Shown here one piece after another: positions 55,071 through 63,774 of a DNA stretch of 64,000 nucleotides (the stretch's first letter is position 1; each line of letters starts with the position of its first letter). Where the stretch lies: the IMG/VR virus record IMGVR_UViG_3300045988_074170; one strand, written 5' to 3'. The position numbers were made by a program, and so were the translations under genes. The DNA is from a virus. The notes below the pieces were generated by a model, which saw nothing but the letters and a program-made list of their open reading frames with translations, did not search any database and was not told the DNA's origin.

Positions 55071-55331
55071 TTATTCTTTCAATACACCAAAGTCCTCCCC
55101 AGTACTATCCTGGAACGGCTCGTCACTATCAAAAGGAATGAACGGTTCCCGAAGACCCAGTTGAGTAATCGTAAAGGAAGATGTCAAGGGGATAGTCCCT
55201 TCGGTGATTTTACCTGTTACAGTCATTCTCCTGTCGAACCCCTCATTCGTTTCAACTGAAAGAGGGACAGCAGCCGTCATGACTGACGGCTGTGCCTCTA
55301 CTTTGCTTTTCTTTAACCGTTTCTTTCCCAT
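55071..55331 (-). CDS. Hypothetical small protein
   Basis: The ATG at 55331 is used; the track start at 55361 is TTG. Contains PLSVETNEGFDRRMTVTGK, which resembles a BACON C-terminal strand. Confidence 0.35.
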   Translation of the reverse strand: MGKKRLKKSKVEAQPSVMTAAVPLSVETNEGFDRRMTVTGKITEGTIPLTSSFTITQLGLREPFIPFDSDEPFQDSTGEDFGVLKE

Positions 55332-55345
55332 TATTTCTAAACGTG

Positions 55346-55999
55346 TTAGGACAATTCCCAAGAAGTATTAGAAACGATAGTCTGAGATACGGCAGCACCA
55401 CTGGCTTCAAGAGTGATTGTCTCCTGACCGAATGAGAATACAGGGTCGCCAGCAGATTGCTTGATTTGAATCTGAGCCGACTGACCTCCAGCGGTCGTTA
55501 CTTTCATTGCTGCAGTCAATTCGTCAATTGTCGTATTTGCTGCAATTCCAGTGAAAGTGATACTGAACTCAAACTCCTGCTGTGCTCCAGGGTCGCCAGT
55601 GATAGCCACATTATTGGTGGTTTCTACTCCACCAGCGGTGTACTTCGAAGGAAGAGTCAATTTCAAACCTCCCTCAACGACCACACGAGTCTCAAGGTCA
55701 ACCAATTCGAAGTTCAACTTCGAAGAGTTGGTTTTACCTGTAATCGTCAGAGTTCCACCTGCTTTTCCAACAGTTGTTTCTGCTCCATTCGTAAATGAAA
55801 CGAACTCAGGTTTTCCTTTCTGGATAACCTTGTAAGTTTTATTCGGCGAAACTCCAACCGCCACACCTGTTACAGTCGTCTCACGTTGTTCACGACCTGT
55901 GTGAACTGTACCAATGTTCTGAACTGTACCAATGTTCTGAACTGTCGCATTACCGTTTCCCGAAGCGGGATTGACGGTCAACCATGCTGCTTTTGCCAT
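55346..55999 (-). CDS. Ig-like protein, paralogue of 53195..54262 (N-terminal BACON second half, C-terminal BACON first half)
   Basis: N-terminus AKAAWLTVNPASGNGNATVQNIGT..HTGREQRETTVTGVAVG, C-terminus ITLEASGAAVSQTIVSNTSWELS-stop. The first 150 aa or so are collinear with 53195..54262. Confidence 0.55.
   Translation of the reverse strand: MAKAAWLTVNPASGNGNATVQNIGTVQNIGTVHTGREQRETTVTGVAVGVSPNKTYKVIQKGKPEFVSFTNGAETTVGKAGGTLTITGKTNSSKLNFELVDLETRVVVEGGLKLTLPSKYTAGGVETTNNVAITGDPGAQQEFEFSITFTGIAANTTIDELTAAMKVTTAGGQSAQIQIKQSAGDPVFSFGQETITLEASGAAVSQTIVSNTSWELS
55903..55945. repeat. Perfect 18-bp tandem duplication (2.4 copies)
   Basis: gaactgtaccaatgttct at 55903-55920 and 55921-55938, plus a partial gaactgt. 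In frame, it encodes VQNIGT VQNIGT. Confidence 0.9.
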
Positions 56000-56043
56000 A
56001 AATTCACTATTTTAAACGTTAAACAAAATTTTTTTTCCACCAA

Positions 56044-56051
56044 CAAAGATA
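56044..56051 (-). promoter_or_regulatory. Possible -7 box TAtcTTTG
   Basis: TATCTTTG on the minus strand, 45 nt upstream of the ATG at 55999. No well-spaced -33. Confidence 0.35.
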
Positions 56052-56071
56052 ATAATATTAGAGCGAATTCC

Positions 56072-56953
56072 CTACTCAAGCCTCCAAGCGGTCTTCGCTT
56101 CAATATCCTGTTCACCTTTGTTGTTCATCTCATCAAGCCATACATATCCCGAACCAAACTTGAACAGTTCGTCACCAACTGATAACACCCAATCAGTATT
56201 CGAATAGATAGTGTTCTCACCTGTTGCTAACAGTGAATCCAGCCATACATACGGATTGGAGAATTCGAAATATTTGTCCAAAGGAGGCGGAACCCATCCT
56301 GGGTCTGACCCAACAGGTATCGCATCCTCAATGATAAATCTCCTCACAATTTCAGGTCGAATGATAGAAGCATAATCACCAATGTCCTCAACCTCTATTG
56401 ATACGTTCTTTACCAATATCGGCTGCGGGAACAGAGCGTTTTCTGCTATCAATTCATTCGTGCTGAAATCGAAGTAAGCAAACTCCTCTTCAAATGTATT
56501 TCTGGCTCCAATGAGCAACGCATATATAACCTCCCCCATCAGAATTGATTCAAGCATATTCTCACTGAAGCACATCAAATCAATCTTCGACAAGGCTGGT
56601 TGGCGGAACCCCTCACGTTCATATTCCGTTCCACCAAACGTGTCTAATACGGGTGCGCCATAACCTCCAAGCGGTGCTGGCTTATCCGTAGAACGTCCTG
56701 GCTCCCTTACGATAATACATGGAAGATGACTTTTATCCTTCGGATACTCCATCTTTACCTGTATCTTTCTGGGACTCGTATTAGTTCTCAGGAACAGTTT
56801 CTTTGCTTGCTCATAGAAGTCAAAAGAGCCGTCCCTCGTCCCATAGAACATATGGTAGAGGAAAGTCTCATGCTCCGGAACACTTTCGTAATCATACTGA
56901 ATGTACTGGAGTAACCCATCGACTATCTGTTTTATTCTCGCAATTAAAATCAT
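56072..56953 (-). CDS. Putative neck/head-tail joining protein
   Basis: Position between the capsid and tail modules only. Confidence 0.35.
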   Translation of the reverse strand: MILIARIKQIVDGLLQYIQYDYESVPEHETFLYHMFYGTRDGSFDFYEQAKKLFLRTNTSPRKIQVKMEYPKDKSHLPCIIVREPGRSTDKPAPLGGYGAPVLDTFGGTEYEREGFRQPALSKIDLMCFSENMLESILMGEVIYALLIGARNTFEEEFAYFDFSTNELIAENALFPQPILVKNVSIEVEDIGDYASIIRPEIVRRFIIEDAIPVGSDPGWVPPPLDKYFEFSNPYVWLDSLLATGENTIYSNTDWVLSVGDELFKFGSGYVWLDEMNNKGEQDIEAKTAWRLE

Positions 56954-56955
56954 CT

Positions 56956-57726
56956 TTATAATTGATTTAAAAATTCATCAATCGCCATGTCCGCAACCTC
57001 AAACACCTGTGCCTCGTCGAGTGCCCTATCCATGAACTTCCAAGGTTCAAATCCCGGATTTATCCAACTTAACGGGTCGCTCTTATCACTCACTCTTCGG
57101 AATGTGAAGTATCCTCCACGGTTCTCCTTATCAGTAGAAGCGATATCAATTCGTACGAGTCCTTGATATTGAGGTGCTTTGTGAGTATAAGCCGGAATAA
57201 TTCCTTCGGCTGTTTGAATAGGTTTACGCTGCCCGAGTTGTGCGTACTGTATAGGAAGCTGATTCTTCTTTACAGGCTGTCCACCGTTACTCTTAGCAAT
57301 ATCGTAAATCTCTTTCGGCAGCCGATTTTGAAACACCATTGATTCCGCCACAGCATCAGGAGTAGCGTACCGAAACGGAATTGTCAGATACCAACCCCCA
57401 CTCGCAGATGTCTTCTTCTTTGAGGAGTTGGAAAATCCTGGCTTCATGTCAAAGGGAGCCTTCCCCTCTTCAAGAGCCAAAGCCAACCCGTCCTGTCCGG
57501 GAGCAAGCCCAAACACCACTTCCGTCGGACTCACCCTATCAACGTACATGGCATTCTTATACAGTTTTCGGGTCTTCTTTAACTCTCTATTGACAAGGTT
57601 CTCCCACTTGTTTACATACTCAGTCACCACCCGATTGATAATCTCACCACCGAGTTCCTGAGCCTGCGAACCTGTAAGAGCAAACTCCGCTACGATTTCA
57701 CTCAAATCAACGTATATCGGAATCAT
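56956..57726 (-). CDS. Putative neck/head-tail joining protein
   Basis: Position only. Confidence 0.35.
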   Translation of the reverse strand: MIPIYVDLSEIVAEFALTGSQAQELGGEIINRVVTEYVNKWENLVNRELKKTRKLYKNAMYVDRVSPTEVVFGLAPGQDGLALALEEGKAPFDMKPGFSNSSKKKTSASGGWYLTIPFRYATPDAVAESMVFQNRLPKEIYDIAKSNGGQPVKKNQLPIQYAQLGQRKPIQTAEGIIPAYTHKAPQYQGLVRIDIASTDKENRGGYFTFRRVSDKSDPLSWINPGFEPWKFMDRALDEAQVFEVADMAIDEFLNQL

Positions 57727-58516
57727 TGTCGTCGTTATATATTATTCCACTTCCATCGTAATTAGGACGCTGCATGTCTATTAGGTGAGTTCTCCGTCCC
57801 ACACCCTGTATCGGCATCTTGAGGATTTGAAACTGTCCGCTCTTCTTATCCTTACCTAACGAGGCTCGGATTTCGTGAGGCATATCAATGATGTGGTATT
57901 CCACCCTGTGTTTGTACAGGACTGAAACACCTGTCTCTGGAGGAACGTTCCCAGGAGCAAATCTCAAGCAATACGGGTTCTCGGGAACTATCTCGTAGAC
58001 TGATGGGTCTAACTTGATTAACGGGGACTCGGAATCCTTAAAGGTGTACACTGCCACGATACCATCCTCTATTGGGGCATAAGAGAGAAAAACAGCAACC
58101 TCGTCACCTATCATCTCCCTCGCCACCAACATTTCCGTAAACGAAGCATATTCATCCTCTACCGTCACTCTATCAAAGTAGGAAAGGAAGTCTTTATCTT
58201 CATCCCGAACGGTTATCGCAGCCGTACCCATCAATTCCGGAGCCCATTGAACGTACTGTGTATTCTTGTTCAGACCTGTTACAAGTGCTTTGGTTCTCCT
58301 CGGATTTACGAAGAAGTATCCAAAGCCGTGACAGTTCTGACAATCAGGTAACGGACTGCCCGAGTTTCCCTGACACGGACAGCGTATTGCCTTTTCACAG
58401 ATTATATCATATCCGTGCGCCCAAATAACTGAATTGAAGTCATTCGGGCGAAAACTCACTTGAGGCTGTCCATATAAGGACTGCTCGGGAGCCTCTGATA
58501 TAGGTCTTCCATTCAT
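57707..58516 (-). CDS. Putative virion protein with CxC...CxxC zinc motif
   Basis: IRCPCQGNSGSPLPDCQNCHGFGYFF. Position in the neck region. Confidence 0.35.
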   Translation of the reverse strand: MNGRPISEAPEQSLYGQPQVSFRPNDFNSVIWAHGYDIICEKAIRCPCQGNSGSPLPDCQNCHGFGYFFVNPRRTKALVTGLNKNTQYVQWAPELMGTAAITVRDEDKDFLSYFDRVTVEDEYASFTEMLVAREMIGDEVAVFLSYAPIEDGIVAVYTFKDSESPLIKLDPSVYEIVPENPYCLRFAPGNVPPETGVSVLYKHRVEYHIIDMPHEIRASLGKDKKSGQFQILKMPIQGVGRRTHLIDMQRPNYDGSGIIYNDDNDSDIR

Positions 58517-59109
58517 GATGCGTATCTCCTTTCTAATAAAGTTTTAGAATTCCAAGGCTGAGGTTTACCCTTTAACGCTTTAGAAATCCTTTTCCGAGTT
58601 TCTTCTGAATGATGTTTCCCCAACATTGGTTTTCTACCGACCCTTGCTTTCGACATTTTCTTTCGAGTTTCTTCAGAGTGTTTCTTTCCTATATGAGTGG
58701 CAAGCAACTTCTCTTTCAACCAATCAGGCATCGGAACCCCTTTGTTCCAAGGAGTTTTACCCTTGTGAAGTTCTGATATCTTTTGTCTAAATTCGTCAGT
58801 CACTTCCTTTCCCGTACCGTCACCGCCTGGAGTTGAATTATACCCACACTTATAGGAATTGAATCTACTTATGCAAGCCTTTTCAAACAAAGGAAGTCTT
58901 TCGATTGGAATACCACTCAATAAGCAATCAACGTGAAAATTCTGCGAACCATATTTTCTGATTGCCTTATGAAACTGAAAATTATCCTTCTCCGCTTCCG
59001 CAGCATAAATATGTTCATGAAATCTTCTATGAACCTTACGAACAGTTATACCAACGTAAACTTTATCGTTGATATCGTTATACACAATATACAAACTACC
59101 TGTCTTCAT
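58513..59109 (-). mobile_element. Free-standing GIY-YIG homing endonuclease gene
   Basis: GSLYIVYNDINDKVYVGIT, FHKAIRKYG, YNSTPGGDG and NUMOD3-like GKKHSEETRKKMS / GKHHSEETRKRIS. Confidence 0.85.
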
Positions 59110-59910
59110 TTATACAACTACCATACGAATTTCATCATATACTAATTTCAATTTCTTCACAGAATCCGCAATCTCTTTTTGATATTGCAAAATCCTTGCC
59201 CCATATCCTGCGTTGGTTGCTGATGATGTTGAACTAATTGATTGACTCAACCCGTCAACACCTATCGACTGGGCAGCGATACCCGCACCCAATATCAAGT
59301 CACCAGCAATTCCAAGTGGCCCGAACGTAGCCAATTTCCCCGTCAGATTGATTAAGTCCATAGGCATATGGTCGAGGTCAAAGCCTGTAATATACTGGAA
59401 GTCCCAATAATCCGGAATCATCCTGAAGTGCTGGCTTCCCAATTGGGTTGTCAGACCACTCAAGATGACCTCAGCATTGGCAGTAGCAACAGCCGAACCC
59501 GTGGGAACGATTGAAACTCTTCGCTTATATAGACCATAACTGTTCTGGTGAGTTGTCAGCCATTGTGTCGGATAGGAAATTTGCTCAAGATTGTTGAACC
59601 GTCCCGTCAACGATATCGGTTTGTTGACGGGATAGTTCGTGAACAGAATAGGGAAACTCTGCCAATAGTCGGCTCGGTAAAATGTCAACTTCTCTTGGTC
59701 AATGAACTGGCGCATCAGTTTCAGGTTGAAGAAGTTCTCAACCTCTCTTTGAGCAGCCTGTATATAGAACCGCATACTTTCACTGCTGAAAGAAGTCCCG
59801 TCGCCTCCCTGTATGGTTATCCCGTACAGGTACAAAGAAAAAATCTCCGTTGGATTAAATATCATCCCCGTGTTCTTTCTATACTTCATTGTCAAAACAA
59901 GTTGTCCCAT
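59110..59910 (-). CDS. Putative head-completion/virion protein
   Basis: Position only. Confidence 0.35.
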   Translation of the reverse strand: MGQLVLTMKYRKNTGMIFNPTEIFSLYLYGITIQGGDGTSFSSESMRFYIQAAQREVENFFNLKLMRQFIDQEKLTFYRADYWQSFPILFTNYPVNKPISLTGRFNNLEQISYPTQWLTTHQNSYGLYKRRVSIVPTGSAVATANAEVILSGLTTQLGSQHFRMIPDYWDFQYITGFDLDHMPMDLINLTGKLATFGPLGIAGDLILGAGIAAQSIGVDGLSQSISSTSSATNAGYGARILQYQKEIADSVKKLKLVYDEIRMVVV

Positions 59911-59916
59911 CTCGCA

Positions 59917-60561
59917 TTACTCTTTAGAAGCGTTTACCAAAAATTCGATGATTTCGGCTTTGGTTTTTTCAGCAACAGCGGTCATGTCAATACCACCCTC
60001 CTGACCGAAAGCAATCAGTTCATCTTTCTTCATTACACCCAATTCCTTGCGTAGAGTAGCCTCTTCCTCTTCAGGAGTAGGGGTTCCCTCGTCACCTGTT
60101 ACTTCGGGGTCAGCGTCTCCCTGAGTTTCCTCGCCTGTACCCTCTGTTGGGTTCTCTACGATAGCTTCAGGTGCAGGGGGTGTAACTGTCTCGGCTGGGG
60201 GAACGGTTCCCGCAGCGAGTTGAATACGAGCCTCGTGTTCACGATTGTATTCGTTCTTCCAGTTTTCAACCTCTTGCTCGAGTTCCTCAATCTTCTTTTT
60301 GTTCGCTGTATTGACATTTGTCAGGCGAGCAATCTCTTTCTTGTACCACTCTTCACGGTCTTTGAAGTCTGACTTCATCTGAACCTCTTTCGGGGTTTCG
60401 AATACAGGCTGTTTGCCGTGTTCGTACAGGTCGGGAATTCCTAACTTGAGGACTTCCTTACCAAAGTCGTCTTCGACCTCAGCAACACAATTCACGAACT
60501 TCACGTTCTTACCATTGTAATTGATGGTTTTGTTTCCCGCTTTTCTGTTAAACAGTTTCAT
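59917..60561 (-). CDS. Hypothetical protein with acidic/Pro-rich linker and C-terminal HeH (Rho_N/SAP-like) motif
   Basis: LRKELGVMKKDELIAFGQEGGIDMTAVAEKTKAEIIEFL resembles a helix-extended-helix motif. Confidence 0.4.
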   Translation of the reverse strand: MKLFNRKAGNKTINYNGKNVKFVNCVAEVEDDFGKEVLKLGIPDLYEHGKQPVFETPKEVQMKSDFKDREEWYKKEIARLTNVNTANKKKIEELEQEVENWKNEYNREHEARIQLAAGTVPPAETVTPPAPEAIVENPTEGTGEETQGDADPEVTGDEGTPTPEEEEATLRKELGVMKKDELIAFGQEGGIDMTAVAEKTKAEIIEFLVNASKE

Positions 60562-60594
60562 AATTCTTTGAATTTATTTATGATTATAAAATTA

Positions 60595-60624
60595 ATGGGG
60601 ATGGGACATACACCCCATCCCCAT
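60595..60624 (-). terminator. Rho-independent terminator after the major capsid gene
   Basis: Perfect 11-bp stem ATGGGGATGGG / CCCATCCCCAT (60595-60605/60614-60624) with an 8-nt loop, followed on the minus strand by TAATTTTATAAT. Confidence 0.6.
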
Positions 60625-60649
60625 CATTATAACGTAATTGTCCTCGTTA

Positions 60650-62167
60650 TTAGGTAGTCGGCAGACCAATCTTACCGATGTTGATAATACGAGCAATCTT
60701 TCCAGGCATATACTCAACCGGAGTACCATAGTTCAGGACAGAGAACGAACGTCTCGGACCAACAATAGCGTAATCCAGTTTCATTGTACCACCCAGTTCC
60801 AAATACTCAATCATTTCACTTCCGTTGAAGTAAACGAGAGCAGACTTGGTTCCGGCAATCCAACGGTTGCGGTCGTGAACCGCTCCCGGAGCAGCACCGT
60901 CCCATCCAGCAGCAAGTTCAGTCTTGCTAACTTCGAAGATAGGATAGAAATCAGCGATGCCTTTGTCGACCGGATTTGCTTCGGTACGATAGATGACATA
61001 ACAGGTTTCAGGATAAGCCGAAGAGTTTGCACCAGCAAACTTCAGAGTCACAGACTGAGTTGCGCCAACAGCCTGTTCAGCGTCGTTCAGCAAAACGGGT
61101 TCAGACTCTCCGTAACGGTTCTTCGCTGTAACAGCATAGAAGTAGTTACCAGCGTGAACAGAACCGAACATTCCCTTTGCGTCAACGGCAACAGCGACAG
61201 GAGTCGTAACATCCTTAATAGGAGCGTTCGGAGCCTTGTCAGAAGTCTTACCACGACCCAACTTAATCGGCTGGTTGAAGTCGAAGTATTTGTCCGCTTT
61301 GATGTTCACCTTACCAAACTGAGTGGTGATGTCGTTTACCGACTGACCCATAGTTGCGCCCACAACGCCACCAGCCATACCAACGATAACACGTTTAGAC
61401 TCGTGGAAGAGTTTCACGTAGTTGTTGAATACGACAGGGGAAGAAACGATACGGTCGATGATACCGTTTCGGTCGTTTACAACTGCCTGAGCAGCGTCCT
61501 CAACCAAAGCGTCATTCAGAACAGAACCGTTTGCGTTCAATACGGCAGGGTCTCCGAAGTAAGCGTCAAGCACCTGTTCAGAAGTTTTACCCAGCAAGCC
61601 ACCTGTGATATCGTTGATACCAGCGATGTGCTGTGCAAATACACCGTCGAACTCTTCAGGAACTTTTGCCGAGTCAGCGTCAATCACTTTCTTGTCAAGG
61701 ATAGTCTGAAGCAAGATGGTCTTGTTTTCAACTTCCTTGGTGTACAGTGAACCAACGACAGTCTTGACAATCATACCCGGATGAGTAACCTGTCCAGTCA
61801 CACCTGTGAACTTGACAACGATTGACTTCCGACGATATACAGAGTCGGTCTCAGTAGGAGTTTCGCCTTCCTGATTGAAGATGCCCACTTCCTGACCATA
61901 CTTGTACAACTGATTGTACTGATGAACAGTATTGTCAATCTTCTGACGGTTCAACTCATTCCAGAACACCAACTGGTCCAAACGGTTTTCAAGGTTCTTC
62001 AGCACAGAATCCAAGGATTCAGGTTTCAGACCTCCACCGTTATTCAATTGGTCGTTGTACTGCATACCAGTCAACAGACCTGCTTCCATCGCCTTCAAGA
62101 TTTCATCCGAAGACATACTTTCCAACGGATTGGCGTTTTCCGTTCCAGTGTAATTGAATAAATCCAT
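60650..62167 (-). CDS. Major capsid protein (presumed HK97 fold)
   Basis: 505 aa ORF in protease-scaffold-capsid order, followed by a strong terminator hairpin. Confidence 0.6.
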   Translation of the reverse strand: MDLFNYTGTENANPLESMSSDEILKAMEAGLLTGMQYNDQLNNGGGLKPESLDSVLKNLENRLDQLVFWNELNRQKIDNTVHQYNQLYKYGQEVGIFNQEGETPTETDSVYRRKSIVVKFTGVTGQVTHPGMIVKTVVGSLYTKEVENKTILLQTILDKKVIDADSAKVPEEFDGVFAQHIAGINDITGGLLGKTSEQVLDAYFGDPAVLNANGSVLNDALVEDAAQAVVNDRNGIIDRIVSSPVVFNNYVKLFHESKRVIVGMAGGVVGATMGQSVNDITTQFGKVNIKADKYFDFNQPIKLGRGKTSDKAPNAPIKDVTTPVAVAVDAKGMFGSVHAGNYFYAVTAKNRYGESEPVLLNDAEQAVGATQSVTLKFAGANSSAYPETCYVIYRTEANPVDKGIADFYPIFEVSKTELAAGWDGAAPGAVHDRNRWIAGTKSALVYFNGSEMIEYLELGGTMKLDYAIVGPRRSFSVLNYGTPVEYMPGKIARIINIGKIGLPTT

Positions 62168-62205
62168 TTCCTATTTATTTTTAAAGTTATAATTCGATAA
62201 CGAAA

Positions 62206-62982
62206 TTATTTCACGAGACGAATGTTCTTCTTGTTATACATATACAAGGCTGCGTCTTGACCGATTGCCCCACATACAGGGTCGAGCAAATAGGCAGTTG
62301 TATTGTCACGCAAAGACTTCTGAATTTCGGGGTCGGTTTCCTCGTCGATTGATTTAGTAATCAATTCACGAACAACCGCACGGTCACGAGATACGCTCAG
62401 GATGGTTTTGTTATCCTCGTCTTTCGCTCCACCGCCCATTTCGAGACTCTTTTCGATAACAGCCTTATTCAGACCAGCGGTCTTAAATGCAGGAGCAGTA
62501 TCACCAAAAGCAATAATCGCTTGACGCATTCCGTCCAAAGATTTTTCAATCTTATCAACGACAGGGGTCAAAGCCTGTTCAATTACTCCGGGAAGAGATT
62601 TCATGAACTCATCCTGAGACTGAGTAACCTTGCCAAGCAAGTTGTCTTCGATACTCTTCATGATATCCGCAGAAATTGACTTGGCGATGTCGTCTGGGTC
62701 TTTACTCTTGTCAGCACCGCAACCCTTTTCAACATCGTCTGGGTCTTTGTCACCATCCTTGTCATCAGGGTCTTTCTTGTCTTTTTCTTTGTCCTTTTCC
62801 TTCTTCTCGTGTTCACCGTCTCCGTCGCCTTCACCATGGTCATCCGGACCACTCTGAACCGACTTCTCCAATTTGATTGAGCCGGAATCAATCCAACCAG
62901 CAATCACCTCTTCTGAGAACCCACTACCAAGCAGGGACTTAACGAGGTCGTCATTTTTTTGTTCATCTGTTAACTGTACCAT
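62206..62982 (-). CDS. Putative scaffolding protein
   Basis: Acidic, helical, with a low-complexity tract (KKEKDKEKDKKDPDDKDGDKDPDD). Lies between the protease and capsid genes. Confidence 0.5.
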   Translation of the reverse strand: MVQLTDEQKNDDLVKSLLGSGFSEEVIAGWIDSGSIKLEKSVQSGPDDHGEGDGDGEHEKKEKDKEKDKKDPDDKDGDKDPDDVEKGCGADKSKDPDDIAKSISADIMKSIEDNLLGKVTQSQDEFMKSLPGVIEQALTPVVDKIEKSLDGMRQAIIAFGDTAPAFKTAGLNKAVIEKSLEMGGGAKDEDNKTILSVSRDRAVVRELITKSIDEETDPEIQKSLRDNTTAYLLDPVCGAIGQDAALYMYNKKNIRLVK

Positions 62983-63042
62983 AATCTTTTGAATTTTTCG
63001 GTTTAAAAATATTACAAAATTTCTTTTCCCTAAAATGAGTCG

Positions 63043-63717
63043 TCAAATGTCTTCTTGAACAATGCGGAATTTTGAGTCAATAATTATCCTCTTGTTTCCA
63101 ACTACCTGTTCGAACATGATACTCTTTCGTAGGTGACTCTTCAAAATTTCACCCGTAGGAATAAAATCTTGCATTTGAATCCCCTTTACAAAATCGATAT
63201 ACGAATTGAAATTCACAGGTGTGAACGTCAGAGCAATGTTATTGATAATTGCTTTCGTGATATGCTTTTCATTTTTCGGGTCTCGCTCGAGTGCTTTGCC
63301 CTCAATAGACATTCCAGGCTTTCGGGTTGAACCGCTTTCACGCATTTCAATACACTTGTCCCAAAAGGCTCTCGCCTCTGGAGACTCGCTCCACAGTTTT
63401 CCTTTCACCCAAAATTTATTATCAACTATCTTTCCGTCAAGCGGTTCACCAATCCAAAACCTACTCTTCAGCTCTTTTGCTCGAACTGTTAGGTGGTCAA
63501 GATTGAATAAGCCGTGTTTCAGGAAGTATTGAATCTCGAAGCCGTTTGGCTCCATAGAGTCACCTTGATAATCCTTGCTGTCATCACTTGCGATACCCTC
63601 AAAGACCATGTTCTCGTAGCGACGTTCATCACCACGAGGATACTGCATAGCTTCCTCAGACTTCATAATGTCAAGAGGAAGCCAGAAGTTGAAATCATTT
63701 GGGGTTTGCTTCTTCAT
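63043..63717 (-). CDS. Prohead maturation protease (S78/U35-like)
   Basis: VFEGIASDDSKDYQGDSMEPNGFEI..FLKHGLFNLDH resembles the HK97-family prohead protease N-terminal block. Position is upstream of the scaffold and capsid genes. Confidence 0.6.
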   Translation of the reverse strand: MKKQTPNDFNFWLPLDIMKSEEAMQYPRGDERRYENMVFEGIASDDSKDYQGDSMEPNGFEIQYFLKHGLFNLDHLTVRAKELKSRFWIGEPLDGKIVDNKFWVKGKLWSESPEARAFWDKCIEMRESGSTRKPGMSIEGKALERDPKNEKHITKAIINNIALTFTPVNFNSYIDFVKGIQMQDFIPTGEILKSHLRKSIMFEQVVGNKRIIIDSKFRIVQEDI

Positions 63718-63742
63718 TGAATCCGTTTTTAAAATTCTGAGA

Positions 63743-63774
63743 CAAAATTACAAATCATTTCAGAAAGTTACAAA
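63743..63774 (-). promoter_or_regulatory. Bacteroidota-type promoter (-7 TAatTTTG, -33 TTTG)
   Basis: Minus strand has TTTG (63774-63771), a 20 nt spacer, then TAATTTTG (63750-63743). It sits 26 nt upstream of the ATG at 63717. Confidence 0.5.

Noticed and set aside
60638-61750. 370-aa plus-strand ORF, the longest plus-strand ORF in the window
   Set aside because: It lies entirely antisense to the major capsid gene. It is Ser/Arg/Val/Asn-rich low-complexity sequence with no promoter or motif. It is a typical shadow ORF of a codon-biased, highly expressed gene.
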